A DNA stretch of 64,000 bases. It comes from a virus. The position numbers and the translations under genes are program-made. The DNA is taken from IMG/VR virus record IMGVR_UViG_3300042888_002665; one strand, given 5' to 3'. The notes under the pieces are model-generated. The model saw nothing but the letters and a program-made list of their open reading frames with translations. It was not told where the DNA came from and made no database searches. Below are positions 9,463 through 19,794 of the stretch, piece after piece (the first letter of the stretch is position 1; every line of letters starts with the position of its first letter).

Positions 9463-9497
9463 AACTTTTATTTTCGTTTATCGTAAATTTAATTAAG

Positions 9498-9521
9498 AAA
9501 AGGACGGGAACCACGTCCTTT
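9498..9521 (-). terminator. intrinsic terminator after hsp20
   Basis: AAAGGACG-TGGTTCC-CGTCCTTT followed by TCTTAATT. Confidence 0.7.
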
Positions 9522-9524
9522 AAT

Positions 9525-10001
9525 TTATTTAAGTGCTTTTTTATTTGCTTTAGATACGATTTCTACCCTTTTAGATATTTTAGGTTCAGGTGTCTTTTTG
9601 GCAATTTCGATATTTAAGATACCTTCATTAAATTCAGCTGATACATTTTCCATATCGAATTTATTACCAAAAGTAAATGAACGTTTAAATGATGAATGTT
9701 TTAGTTCCTTAATTAAATAAGTACCCTCTTCATCGTTTTTAACTTGTGAATCACCTGAAATAGTCATAACATATTCATCAATATCAATCTTGATATCATC
9801 CTTAGTTAGCCCAGCAATTTCAGCTACGATTCTAACTTTATCATCGAACTCAATAACATTAACTTTAGGATATGATCCTTGTGAAAATGATAGTCCGGTT
9901 TCTTTTTGTAATTCTGGGAATTGTTTTTTTAATAAGTCGTCAAAGACTTTGTCGAATGCGGTAACGGAGTTATTCCTCTCGTTTAAGAGTGTTAAATACA
10001 T
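9525..10001 (-). CDS. small heat shock protein (Hsp20/alpha-crystallin)
   Basis: YPKVNVIE, AEIAGL.K.DI, SFKRSF, NGILNI. Confidence 0.95.
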   Translation of the reverse strand: MYLTLLNERNNSVTAFDKVFDDLLKKQFPELQKETGLSFSQGSYPKVNVIEFDDKVRIVAEIAGLTKDDIKIDIDEYVMTISGDSQVKNDEEGTYLIKELKHSSFKRSFTFGNKFDMENVSAEFNEGILNIEIAKKTPEPKISKRVEIVSKANKKALK

Positions 10002-10090
10002 GGTTTTTAAATTTTAAAGTTATTAAATTAATCAACTTTTAACGTCATACTCCATTTGGACCTATGACGGGTTCCATAATATAAATATAT

Positions 10091-10807
10091 TTAATTTAAA
10101 GAAGCCATAATAAAGTACTGAGAGATAGCATCTCCTTCAATAAACATTAGATGCATTAATCCATCTTCGTTTACTTTCATTTCAGCTTTATCAAAGTTTT
10201 TATTTGCTGTTAATATTTCACGTAACACATCTGATGGAAATAATAATGGAGCAAATGGCATTCCTTCGGTTTTGGATGGAATATTGAATTCTAATTTATT
10301 AGCATATCCTGATGGATCGCCTAATATGATACGTGCTGTATCGTTATGTGGCTCTAATGTAAATGTTTTAATGTCTGGTCCTAATGCTTTCTTACAATCA
10401 ATAAATCGAGTAACGAAATCAGGTTCCATATCGTAATGCAACTGATAAGTTACATCAATCGCATTTGGTGTTTTAGGAATTAATGATATATCAGATGCTG
10501 AAAACATCATTTTGTATTGATTATCTTCAATCAGCAATTTTTCTACTATACCGAATTTCTCCTGGTACTGAATATCCACATTCGTATCTAAGATATGCAG
10601 TAATTTCAGTAATGGAGATGTTTCGAATATACCGAATTCAGCATTAGGTAATTCGATTGGTAATACAACTTCACCTACTACATCACGATTAGTAGTAGAG
10701 AATGGAATAACTAATACATTATTTTTAATGTTGAACTTAACTGCTTCAGTCAGTCCATTCAGATAATATTTTTCAATACTATCTACTAATTTACGTTTAT
10801 CGATCAT
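10091..10807 (-). CDS. DNA polymerase sliding clamp (T4 gp45-like)
   Basis: 238 aa two-domain beta-rich pattern; adjacent to PolB; clamp loader present in window. Confidence 0.65.
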   Translation of the reverse strand: MIDKRKLVDSIEKYYLNGLTEAVKFNIKNNVLVIPFSTTNRDVVGEVVLPIELPNAEFGIFETSPLLKLLHILDTNVDIQYQEKFGIVEKLLIEDNQYKMMFSASDISLIPKTPNAIDVTYQLHYDMEPDFVTRFIDCKKALGPDIKTFTLEPHNDTARIILGDPSGYANKLEFNIPSKTEGMPFAPLLFPSDVLREILTANKNFDKAEMKVNEDGLMHLMFIEGDAISQYFIMASLN

Positions 10808-10829
10808 AACCTTAATTTAATGAAGAAAT

Positions 10830-11468
10830 TTACTTTAACTTTAAAAGCATACCAACTCCCATATAAGCATTTGGTTTCATAGTACCTTCATGTACATTAC
10901 CACCAACTTGTAATTGAATTAAGTTATCGTTTAATGATTTACGAATAACTGATATACCGAATGATTGAATTGGTTGTGTAAAGTTTGTAGTAATAAGCGG
11001 CCCAACATACCATTGTATTTCTTTTGGACGATATACTTCTACGATTCGTTCCTTAACTTTTGGTTTAATATCAGCAATCCATCTTCTACTTACTAAACGA
11101 TTATGTGAAATTGTATCTGTAATTATAACATTACCAACGCCTTCTTCCAATGTTAGTACTTCTCTATGTACATTTTTTGGGTAATATTGTTGTAGAATAG
11201 CAACAGTATCTAATGCTGTAGGAGCAGTTGGTACTGGTACCATTGTGTATTTTAATACTTCAACTGTTTTAGTAACTGTTCTAACTCGTGGTTTTGGTGC
11301 CTTAGCAACAGGTACAATTACTGGTTTTGGTGTTGGAACAGGAATTGGAATTACTTTAGATACGGTAGCAATTCCGTTCTTATATGATTTAACAATAATA
11401 AATTTTTGTTTTTGGCCAAACGCTGACACTCCCATCAGCATTAGTAGTAGTATGTGTAACTTTTTCAT
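10830..11468 (-). CDS. exported protein with signal peptide and Pro-rich segment
   Basis: MKKLHILLLMLMGVSAFG signal peptide; PIPVPTPKPV; beta-rich C-terminus. Confidence 0.6.
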   Translation of the reverse strand: MKKLHILLLMLMGVSAFGQKQKFIIVKSYKNGIATVSKVIPIPVPTPKPVIVPVAKAPKPRVRTVTKTVEVLKYTMVPVPTAPTALDTVAILQQYYPKNVHREVLTLEEGVGNVIITDTISHNRLVSRRWIADIKPKVKERIVEVYRPKEIQWYVGPLITTNFTQPIQSFGISVIRKSLNDNLIQLQVGGNVHEGTMKPNAYMGVGMLLKLK

Positions 11469-11488
11469 CGTATATAAATATATATTTT

Positions 11489-14128
11489 TTAATCAAAAGT
11501 GAAAAACTTGTTAAAATTAGCATTAAATATAGGCATTCCCCATCCAATATCGGAATATAATCCTTCAATTTTATTTTTCATTACTGAATCAAATAATAAT
11601 CCTCGGTTAATGTATTTTTCAATAAATTCAATAATTTGTGGTGGATCATTATAACCATTAAATCCTATACAATCAATCTTAAATGGATTATCTTTTAAAT
11701 AAGCAATTAGCATTTTATCGCCAATCTGGAATTTAGAGTATTGTTTATCTAATCCTTTAAATTGTAGTAAGTCATTATAGCGAATAGCAGCTTTAGTATT
11801 GATTGGACATTTTAATCGTAATTTACTAAATATCTCACCATTTCTAGGACGTGAATCAATATATGATCCTAACTGCTTTAATCCAGTCGGCTTAAGGAGC
11901 TGACGCCAATCGATTGTGTTTACTTTAGTTTTAAAATCAAGTATCTGCTTATCGATATCTTGCTTTTGCTTTCCGAACATGATTTGATTTAGAATCGACT
12001 CACCAAATTCACGGAATAATGGTGGAAAATTCGATTTCATTAGATCTAATCCCTTCATGTCTAGCTCTTCAACTGTAACACCTTCCTTATTTACAATATA
12101 CATTGCGTAACGACGTTTACCTGAGAAGTAGCCCCGTTCGATTACTACTTCTTGTTTTAATTCAAAGTAGTGAGGTCGATCATGTAAATTAAATAAATCA
12201 ACTACTAGTGTATCTAAATGTTTATTTGCTAATAATTGAATCTCGGTAGCAATCTCTAATGTAGCTGCAATACAAGCCGCTTTATCAGTTAAATCAACAC
12301 CTTCAGCTCGTAGTAAATCCTTAACATGAATGAATAATGAGTCGGTATCTGAAGTAATAATATAATCTTTATTATTTGTACCTAATCGCTCATTCATTAT
12401 TTTATTACAGAATATAATCGATTCTTGAGTTAATCGTTGTCCTGTTAATGTAATGGCTTTAGATATCATCTTATGTCCATCAGTATAACGCCACGAGTTC
12501 AGAGCAAATACACCATACACATCATTTAATTTAATTTTATATGCATGTTGGCGTCGGTTATAAAACTCGCCCATAGCAGTATCACCTGCCTTATATGCTT
12601 GTTTCATTAGGTTCTTATACTCGACACGTTTATTAAACCAGTCAGTTAGGATTTCACACACGACTGATTGTTTATTCTTATCGAATATAACACCAGCAGC
12701 TGATATAATTAGGTTATTGTTTTTAACGAAATTATACATTATACCTGCTGTGGTATCTGTTAGCTTTAATGTTTTATCTGCTAGTAGTTTTTCGACTGTA
12801 ATCTTAGTGTTTGGATCCATGTGCTTTAGCTCATCTAAGGACCATTGACTATCGGTTTTATGTTTATTTACAATACGACCTACTAGCGTTTCAATACCAA
12901 TGTTTAAAGAACGAATAATTGATGGATACAGTGATGTAAAGTCTAAGTCAATTACCCACTCGTATAGGCCCGGTTCTGGATCCTTTAAATATCCACCGGC
13001 ATATTCGGATAATTCAATAATTTCATCTAATTGTTCTTTAGTGATTTTACCTGTTTTATAATCAAATTCAGCTTTCTTACGTGATAATCCACCTAATTTA
13101 GGATTTGATGTAGTAGGTTTATTAGGCGATACAATATTCTTACGTTTTAAGTAAGTTAAAATAGCACCATCATTCAGTGCAGTTGAGTAGTAGATGTTAT
13201 CGTAGGTAGTATGACATAAGTGACCAACAGTAACTGTTAGATCGATAAATTTCATTTTTTCCTCTAACTTAACTAGAATCTCAACGTCGCGAATGTTATA
13301 TTCGATAAATTTCTGTACGTCTTCCTTAAATAATTTATCTAATGAACCATAATACTCAATTTTACCTAACTTAACGTATTTAGTTCCAATATTACCTAAT
13401 GCGTATGATGGTTCTTGTTTAGTTACATATTTTTTAAATAGTAACATGTAATCTAGGTGATTTAAACCACCAATTTTAACTACTTGCTCACCATCATTTT
13501 CACCTACAGCTACTTTTCTAATCGGAGATAAGCGGTCAGCTTGCGTTTTACCTAATACTTTGGCAATTCTGTTGTATGTGTAAGGTACATCGAAGAATTC
13601 ACTATTCCACCCCGAGATTATCGTAGGATCTAATTCATTCCATTTATCTAGGAACGTTTGCAGCAGGATTTTTTCCGAAATACAAGAGATAACAAATGTA
13701 TTATCTTTTTCAGAATTTGTGAGTAATTGATCTTCATCTAATATATAACAATAATATTGCTTTAATGTATTATCATATAAAGCAATTGATGTAATTTTAG
13801 TTGGAGCATTAGCTACCGTTTGTGGTGTTAATGCACCCGCAATCTCACACTCAATATCAAAGAATACTGTATTATGAAATTCTGGTGTATCGTCTGATTC
13901 TGAGTATAAATCAACTAATACTCGAGTATGTTTGTCAACATCTGTTTCGTAGCAATCACCTGAGTATGTTTTAGTAGGGGATACCTTATCACCGAACAAT
14001 GTTAAATATTGTCCGTTAGTATCTGGTTTGTAAAATGTGGGTTGGTACTCGAATGAGTTCCAACCCAATTTATCATCACGTAAGTGATATTTCTTTTCTC
14101 TGGAATCGTAATAGATTGATTGATACAT
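11489..14128 (-). CDS. family B DNA polymerase (T4 gp43-like)
   Basis: exo FFDIECE; motif A DLDFTSLYPSII; KIKLNDVYG; motif C TSDTDS. Confidence 0.97.
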   Translation of the reverse strand: MYQSIYYDSREKKYHLRDDKLGWNSFEYQPTFYKPDTNGQYLTLFGDKVSPTKTYSGDCYETDVDKHTRVLVDLYSESDDTPEFHNTVFFDIECEIAGALTPQTVANAPTKITSIALYDNTLKQYYCYILDEDQLLTNSEKDNTFVISCISEKILLQTFLDKWNELDPTIISGWNSEFFDVPYTYNRIAKVLGKTQADRLSPIRKVAVGENDGEQVVKIGGLNHLDYMLLFKKYVTKQEPSYALGNIGTKYVKLGKIEYYGSLDKLFKEDVQKFIEYNIRDVEILVKLEEKMKFIDLTVTVGHLCHTTYDNIYYSTALNDGAILTYLKRKNIVSPNKPTTSNPKLGGLSRKKAEFDYKTGKITKEQLDEIIELSEYAGGYLKDPEPGLYEWVIDLDFTSLYPSIIRSLNIGIETLVGRIVNKHKTDSQWSLDELKHMDPNTKITVEKLLADKTLKLTDTTAGIMYNFVKNNNLIISAAGVIFDKNKQSVVCEILTDWFNKRVEYKNLMKQAYKAGDTAMGEFYNRRQHAYKIKLNDVYGVFALNSWRYTDGHKMISKAITLTGQRLTQESIIFCNKIMNERLGTNNKDYIITSDTDSLFIHVKDLLRAEGVDLTDKAACIAATLEIATEIQLLANKHLDTLVVDLFNLHDRPHYFELKQEVVIERGYFSGKRRYAMYIVNKEGVTVEELDMKGLDLMKSNFPPLFREFGESILNQIMFGKQKQDIDKQILDFKTKVNTIDWRQLLKPTGLKQLGSYIDSRPRNGEIFSKLRLKCPINTKAAIRYNDLLQFKGLDKQYSKFQIGDKMLIAYLKDNPFKIDCIGFNGYNDPPQIIEFIEKYINRGLLFDSVMKNKIEGLYSDIGWGMPIFNANFNKFFTFD

Positions 14129-14160
14129 ATAACCTTTTTGTTGTAAACATAATTAAGAAA

Positions 14161-15024
14161 TTATTTATCTAAAATAATAAATCCATTATCATATTTTGTA
14201 GGGATTTTAATCCAATTTTCACACCAAATATCTTGAGGATCTTCCTTTACCCCAGGACCAAACCATGTACTAGGAGATACAACTACTTTATTTGTATTTC
14301 TTGACATCCAAGCACCCCACCAAGAATATGTTGAATTTGAAATTATGAAATGATCACATAAACTTAATAACCAAATACCTTCTTCATTCCAAAATTTTGA
14401 ATTATCATTAAACACCATATTAGGTAAATTAATGTTTTCTTTACACCATTCTATATCATCACTCATTATTAATAACACATCATGTTGAGGTAAATATTTG
14501 TAAGCTTCATTAATATATTCTAATGATATAGAAGGATGATTAAATGATTGATCTGAATGTAAATAATCTCCTCTTCTTACATTTATTGCTGCTACTGTTG
14601 AATTTTGGAAAAATGGATATTCATTATAAACTTTATCAATAAATTCTAAAGGGTATGAGAATAAAGATTTAATAGCTTCGGTGTGTTTTTTAAAATATTT
14701 TTCACTCTGATAATATCCTGAAAATATAGTTGGGTGATTATCATTTGGGGGTAATTTTTCAAAATAAAATTTTCCTTGAATTGATTCATTTCCATATGTT
14801 GATACAGATGAATCAAATTCTAATTTTCTAAATAAGGTATTTTTTAAATTTGGTAATGGAAATTCATTTTCAGGTAAAAGGAATTGTCTGTTATACTCTA
14901 AAGATTTGGCATAAGCATGAGCGATTTGAAACATTAAATTCCCAGTTCTTCCAATTAATCTACAAGTTATATAATTATAAGTCTTTGTTATCATATTTAC
15001 TTTTTTTCTACTCGTGAATAGCAA
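14161..15024 (-). CDS. alpha-1,2-fucosyltransferase-like glycosyltransferase (GT11)
   Basis: GRTGNLMFQ, GYYQSEKYF, NVRRGDY, SDDIEW, NSTYSWWGAW. Confidence 0.92.
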   Translation of the reverse strand: MLFTSRKKVNMITKTYNYITCRLIGRTGNLMFQIAHAYAKSLEYNRQFLLPENEFPLPNLKNTLFRKLEFDSSVSTYGNESIQGKFYFEKLPPNDNHPTIFSGYYQSEKYFKKHTEAIKSLFSYPLEFIDKVYNEYPFFQNSTVAAINVRRGDYLHSDQSFNHPSISLEYINEAYKYLPQHDVLLIMSDDIEWCKENINLPNMVFNDNSKFWNEEGIWLLSLCDHFIISNSTYSWWGAWMSRNTNKVVVSPSTWFGPGVKEDPQDIWCENWIKIPTKYDNGFIILDK

Positions 15025-15647
15025 TTTATATAATCATTCTCACTACTGATATGTCCATGAGCATCTAAATCACTAGTAACAGGTCGTTGATATATCAATG
15101 GAATACTTGTTATATATTTATTAAGTTGGGGAGAATTACCATACCAACCATCAATAGCTCCATCTTCAAAGGGTTTATAGTTATCTAAAACATATTTTAT
15201 AGTTTTTCTTTTATATCCAACAGCATGAAGCCCTAACACCCATTCAATCTTAGATAAATTTTTAGAAACTGATTTCATTTCAAATAAAGGACACCCTCCA
15301 AAATAAATTAAATTCCAATCAAAATCTTTTAAATCATCGAGGGAGTTTTCTATAAGTTCTATTGTTGGAGTATCATAATGTTTATAAAATGCTGCATCAT
15401 CTTCAAATATTAAAACACATTCATGCCCTTCCTCATATATTTTTTTAAATAGTTTATAATAACTAGCAGCACAGTAGTGGTGCCTTTTCATCATATCAAG
15501 CTCATTAATTCCATCTAAAGCAGATACTCGTTCAAAGAATGTGTCTAAATTATGAGATTTCATTTCTTCAATAAAAAGTTCATTTCTATCAGTTCTTCTA
15601 TCTAAATTAATATAATAGCCTTTTTGGAAAAAATCTGTTATTTTCAT
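14997..15647 (-). CDS. GT25 family glycosyltransferase
   Basis: YINLDRRTDR, RVSALDG, C..S, LIFEDDA. Confidence 0.88.
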   Translation of the reverse strand: MKITDFFQKGYYINLDRRTDRNELFIEEMKSHNLDTFFERVSALDGINELDMMKRHHYCAASYYKLFKKIYEEGHECVLIFEDDAAFYKHYDTPTIELIENSLDDLKDFDWNLIYFGGCPLFEMKSVSKNLSKIEWVLGLHAVGYKRKTIKYVLDNYKPFEDGAIDGWYGNSPQLNKYITSIPLIYQRPVTSDLDAHGHISSENDYINCYSRVEKK

Positions 15648-15654
15648 TTTATTA

Positions 15655-16836
15655 TTAAACGTTATTTAAATTATTTATAAATTCATCCCAAATTGATCCT
15701 ATTTTGTTAATATTAAAATTATCTAAAATATATTGTTTTCCTGCATTTTTATAATGTTCTTTAATTTGTGGATTTTGTTCTAAATAATTTATTTTATCTA
15801 CAATATGATTTACTTGATTGAATTTTCCTTCTTCATCTCTAATTAAATCTAAATCTTTAATTTCATCTAAATTTACGCCATCAGGAGCATCTAACCAAAC
15901 ACAATAATCTTTATAATTACCTGGTAATGCACCTAGAGGGTATGTTAAAACTATAACACCTAAAGCTAAAGCTTCGGCAACAGTTAAAGCGAATGTATCT
16001 TTTCTAATAATTTTATGGATCGTATTTAAAGGGTTTATTAGATATTCACTTTCAGCTAAATGAGTAAATACAGTTTTTCTATCACAAGATCCATGGTTAT
16101 AAAAGAAATCATCAGTGTGATGATCTACTGTAATGAAATAATCAAATGCATGGAATTCTTTATTAGGTACATTTACTTGTCTAACTGCTTCTAATGAGGT
16201 GTTTCCTCCAGTAGTCCAAGTAGAATGGAATATAAATTTACCTGGTTTTTTTGTTGGTATTTCATTGATTACTTCATTAATTATTTCATCGAATATTGGA
16301 TTAGGAATTAAAGCATTAAGGGATCTTGGATAATTTTCTATAATATGATTTATTATTCCCTGATTACATGATTGTTGCCAATCTGAAACATTTACTATTC
16401 CTATAGATAAATTATTATTTGTAGCATATTTGATCAATTCATCTAACCCATATATCCACTGCATATGAGACCAATATATAATAGATTTAGTTACAGTTAT
16501 AGGTAATTCATTATAATCGGTGTACCACAACATGCTTACTAATATATCAAAAGTTTTATTATCAATACCTTCAAATTCCGTATTTGTATATTTTACCCCA
16601 TAGAATTCTTCTCCTGGAGTATATATACCACCATTAGCTTTAAATTCATTTTCTAAAGGTTCATCTAGTATATCTGTTACTACAACAACTTCATGCCCTT
16701 GTTTTGCTAAATATTCAGCTACTAATATAGAGGAGGTATCAGTACCTGATGCTCCTGCCCCTCCATAACGTAAAGAATAACCATTTAGATACTTATTTCG
16801 TCGAGTATTACCTCTTACAATGAATGCTATTCTCAT
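15655..16836 (-). CDS. GT-B glycosyltransferase, paralogue A
   Basis: GASGTDTS..LVAEYLAKQGHEV; DTFALTVAEALALG (GT4-like). Confidence 0.75.
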   Translation of the reverse strand: MRIAFIVRGNTRRNKYLNGYSLRYGGAGASGTDTSSILVAEYLAKQGHEVVVVTDILDEPLENEFKANGGIYTPGEEFYGVKYTNTEFEGIDNKTFDILVSMLWYTDYNELPITVTKSIIYWSHMQWIYGLDELIKYATNNNLSIGIVNVSDWQQSCNQGIINHIIENYPRSLNALIPNPIFDEIINEVINEIPTKKPGKFIFHSTWTTGGNTSLEAVRQVNVPNKEFHAFDYFITVDHHTDDFFYNHGSCDRKTVFTHLAESEYLINPLNTIHKIIRKDTFALTVAEALALGVIVLTYPLGALPGNYKDYCVWLDAPDGVNLDEIKDLDLIRDEEGKFNQVNHIVDKINYLEQNPQIKEHYKNAGKQYILDNFNINKIGSIWDEFINNLNNV

Positions 16837-18008
16837 TTTATTAAATCATTTACAAATGTTTCCCACATTTTACCTATTTTGTTAATATTAAAATTATCTA
16901 AAATGTATTGTTTCCCTATATTTTTATAATGTTGTTTTAATTCAGGATTAGATTCTAAATATTTTATTTTTGTTGTAATATTATCAGTGTATTTAAAAAT
17001 TCCATCTTCATCTTTAGATAAGCTTTCTAATTGCATTTTTTCAAAATTAGCTCCTGGAGGGGCATCTAACCAAACACAATAATCATTAAAATTTTCAGGT
17101 AATGCTCCTAAAGGATAAGTGATAACAATAACTCCTAAGGCTAAAGCTTCTGCTACAGCACATGAAAATGTATCTTTATGAACATCTTGATAAGGAGTAT
17201 ATAGAGGGTAAATAAAATACTCACTTTCAGCTAAATGTCTAAATAAAGTTTTTTTATCCACACTCATATGATTATGAAAAAATGAATCTGAATGGTCATG
17301 GAGGGACAATAAATAGGTAAAAGCATGAAGTTCAGAATCTTCATATTCTAATTCTCTAATAGCTTGTACGGCCACATCTCCTCCTCTTGCCCATAATGGA
17401 TGAAATATAAATTTATGTTTTTTCTTCGGAATATTTTCTAATAAAACTTCATTAATAACATCATCCATTACTGGATTAGGAATTAAGGTAGATTTTATTT
17501 CTGAATTATTTAATAGAGCATGATTGATTATACCACTATTCATACTCTTTTCCCATTCTGATATATTAACAAATCCTAATTTTAAGTTATTAATTTTAGT
17601 ATATTCTACCATTTCCCCAATACCATAAATCCACTGCATATGGCACCAATATATTACTGCTTTGGTGATTTTAGGTAGTTTATGATATTCTTGAAACCAT
17701 AAACTATTTATTAAAACATCATATTCAGTAAATGACACATTGGTAAATTCAAAATCGGTGTATATTACTCCCCTAACTTTTTTACCTTGATTAAATACTA
17801 TACCTTTTTCAGCATATGCTTCTTCTAAAGCTGGTTCTAATTTATCTAAAGCTATAACAACATCATGCCCTTGAGATGCTAGATATTCTGCTACTAATAT
17901 GGAGGAGGTATCAGTACCTGATCCTCCACCATTTCCATATCTTAATGTATCTCCATCTAAATAATTACTTCTTCTGCTATTCCCTAAAACGGTAAATAAT
18001 ATTCTCAT
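16833..18008 (-). CDS. GT-B glycosyltransferase, paralogue B
   Basis: GGSGTDTSSILVAEYLASQGHDV; DTFSCAVAEALALG. Confidence 0.75.
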   Translation of the reverse strand: MRILFTVLGNSRRSNYLDGDTLRYGNGGGSGTDTSSILVAEYLASQGHDVVIALDKLEPALEEAYAEKGIVFNQGKKVRGVIYTDFEFTNVSFTEYDVLINSLWFQEYHKLPKITKAVIYWCHMQWIYGIGEMVEYTKINNLKLGFVNISEWEKSMNSGIINHALLNNSEIKSTLIPNPVMDDVINEVLLENIPKKKHKFIFHPLWARGGDVAVQAIRELEYEDSELHAFTYLLSLHDHSDSFFHNHMSVDKKTLFRHLAESEYFIYPLYTPYQDVHKDTFSCAVAEALALGVIVITYPLGALPENFNDYCVWLDAPPGANFEKMQLESLSKDEDGIFKYTDNITTKIKYLESNPELKQHYKNIGKQYILDNFNINKIGKMWETFVNDLIK

Positions 18009-19271
18009 TTATATAAGTTTTTCGTAACGTGGACTCCATCCTTGTTCTTCATCAAATAAATACATTACTATTTTAGATGGTTTATCTATAGATTGAATAT
18101 TAACTGTAAATTGATTATTTTCTAAATTTACATATTGGGGTTGAGTCTCGATTTGGAAATCATGTCTGTATAACTCAACATCAGATTTAGTTAATACTCC
18201 TAAAGTTAAAAATTTAGGTTTTTTAAATTGACATTTCTTAAAGAAGTCAATATCCCAATTAATAGACACATCATATTTATTAGTTATAAATCCTTCATCC
18301 CACGGTAATGAATTAGGTGGTTCATTTACTTTTAATGTATAATCTTGAATTCTTTGTTTCTTAAAATCAATACCAGTAAATAACTCATATTCACGAAGTG
18401 TTCTTGCTGTACCTAATCCAAAACCAGTTAAATCAATACCATTATCTTCTTGATCAAATAATTGACGAGTTTTTCGACGAGCAAAAACATCACGTTCGCC
18501 ACTAGTTTTATTAGTTTCTGATTTGATTCCATGATCATCCCAATGTTTAGGGCGACCTTGGCGAGTATATTCATGCCAGATATAAGGACGATATGGGCTA
18601 AAGAAATCATATCCTGAAGTCCAAGCACGTACACTCATTGTTGTTTCTTCTGTATAACCACCAAAGTAAATATCTGGATCGTATGGTACTTCTTTAATGA
18701 ATTTACTATCTACAAAATAGAAATGACCACTAATAGTACGAGCTTTAATAACTGTATTGCGTTCTTTCCAGTCTTGAATATACCAAGGCATAGACATCAA
18801 TAGTTTATCGGAACTAAACTCGTATTGAGACATTAATGATGGTAATTTCTGTAAGTTGCAACGACATGTATCAGCAGATGCTACATCGAATGGAGATAAA
18901 TAAGTTGTAATTATAGGATTATCAGACATTGTTAATGCCTGTTTATAATCTTCAATCATCATTGTATCCCACCCCATTTCAAATCTATGATGAGAATCTA
19001 ATTGTAATGTATATGGTTCTCCTTCCCATAATTCAGCTACTTTATTACGAGCCCACCCTAATCCTTGACTTTCAGTATAATCAAATATTTGATATCTAAC
19101 TTGAGGATGATCAGCAAATTCCTCTAGAGATTCATCATCATCTTTTTGCCAGCATATTCCAAATATTAAATTCTCAGGACGATGAGCTTGTTTTAAAGCA
19201 TCTCGCATAGTAGGAACTAATTGAGGATCTCTATATGATGCTAATTGAACAAATATTTTATCGTTTTGCAT
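18009..19271 (-). CDS. GT60-like GlcNAc transferase (Skp1 hydroxyproline GlcNAc-T-like domain)
   Basis: IFVQLASYRD, GLGWARN, LQLDSHHRF...WD, GHFYF, EE..MSVRAW. Confidence 0.8.
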   Translation of the reverse strand: MQNDKIFVQLASYRDPQLVPTMRDALKQAHRPENLIFGICWQKDDDESLEEFADHPQVRYQIFDYTESQGLGWARNKVAELWEGEPYTLQLDSHHRFEMGWDTMMIEDYKQALTMSDNPIITTYLSPFDVASADTCRCNLQKLPSLMSQYEFSSDKLLMSMPWYIQDWKERNTVIKARTISGHFYFVDSKFIKEVPYDPDIYFGGYTEETTMSVRAWTSGYDFFSPYRPYIWHEYTRQGRPKHWDDHGIKSETNKTSGERDVFARRKTRQLFDQEDNGIDLTGFGLGTARTLREYELFTGIDFKKQRIQDYTLKVNEPPNSLPWDEGFITNKYDVSINWDIDFFKKCQFKKPKFLTLGVLTKSDVELYRHDFQIETQPQYVNLENNQFTVNIQSIDKPSKIVMYLFDEEQGWSPRYEKLI

Positions 19272-19794
19272 TTTTTAATTCGTCTTCTGTAAAGAATTGT
19301 TTTAAATTAGGAGCGAAATATGATAGTGATTTCTGTACTTTACGATCTTCTGAACGATATACTACAAATTTATCACCACGTTTTTCAAAGTGACATGGAC
19401 GGCCAGATGCTGCTGTTCTAAATTTAGCAGTTGCATCAGCTTCTTCCTCTGTAGCACATGATTTAGATAAATTAGATTCCTGTACTTCATTATATGCAGC
19501 TAGGAATTTATCTTTTAATCCAAACGCCATAATACCAGCTGATAAAACGTACATAATATCACAGAATGCATCTAGTACTTCTACGATGTCACCATCTTCA
19601 GCTGCTACTTTATACTCGTCTAATTCCTCTAAAATAAAGTTATAGATAAAATCACGTTCCATTTTTTCAGGAATGGTAGGTATTTTGTTATTTAGTTTAC
19701 CGAATAACTTATTGAATGTTTCTACTTCAGTAATGAAGTGTAATCGATCATTATCGATCATTTTTTTAATAACTCCGTCTTGATAATTTTCCAT
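19258..19794 (-). CDS. MazG-like / PRA-PH nucleoside triphosphate pyrophosphohydrolase
   Basis: FILEELDEY...EVLDAFCDIMYV...EVQESNLSK. Confidence 0.85.
   Translation of the reverse strand: MENYQDGVIKKMIDNDRLHFITEVETFNKLFGKLNNKIPTIPEKMERDFIYNFILEELDEYKVAAEDGDIVEVLDAFCDIMYVLSAGIMAFGLKDKFLAAYNEVQESNLSKSCATEEEADATAKFRTAASGRPCHFEKRGDKFVVYRSEDRKVQKSLSYFAPNLKQFFTEDELKNAKR

Noticed and set aside
10043-10069. CIRCE heat-shock operator upstream of hsp20/groESL
   Set aside because: The inverted repeat does not match TTAGCACTC-N9-GAGTGCTAA; kept only as an unassigned hairpin.
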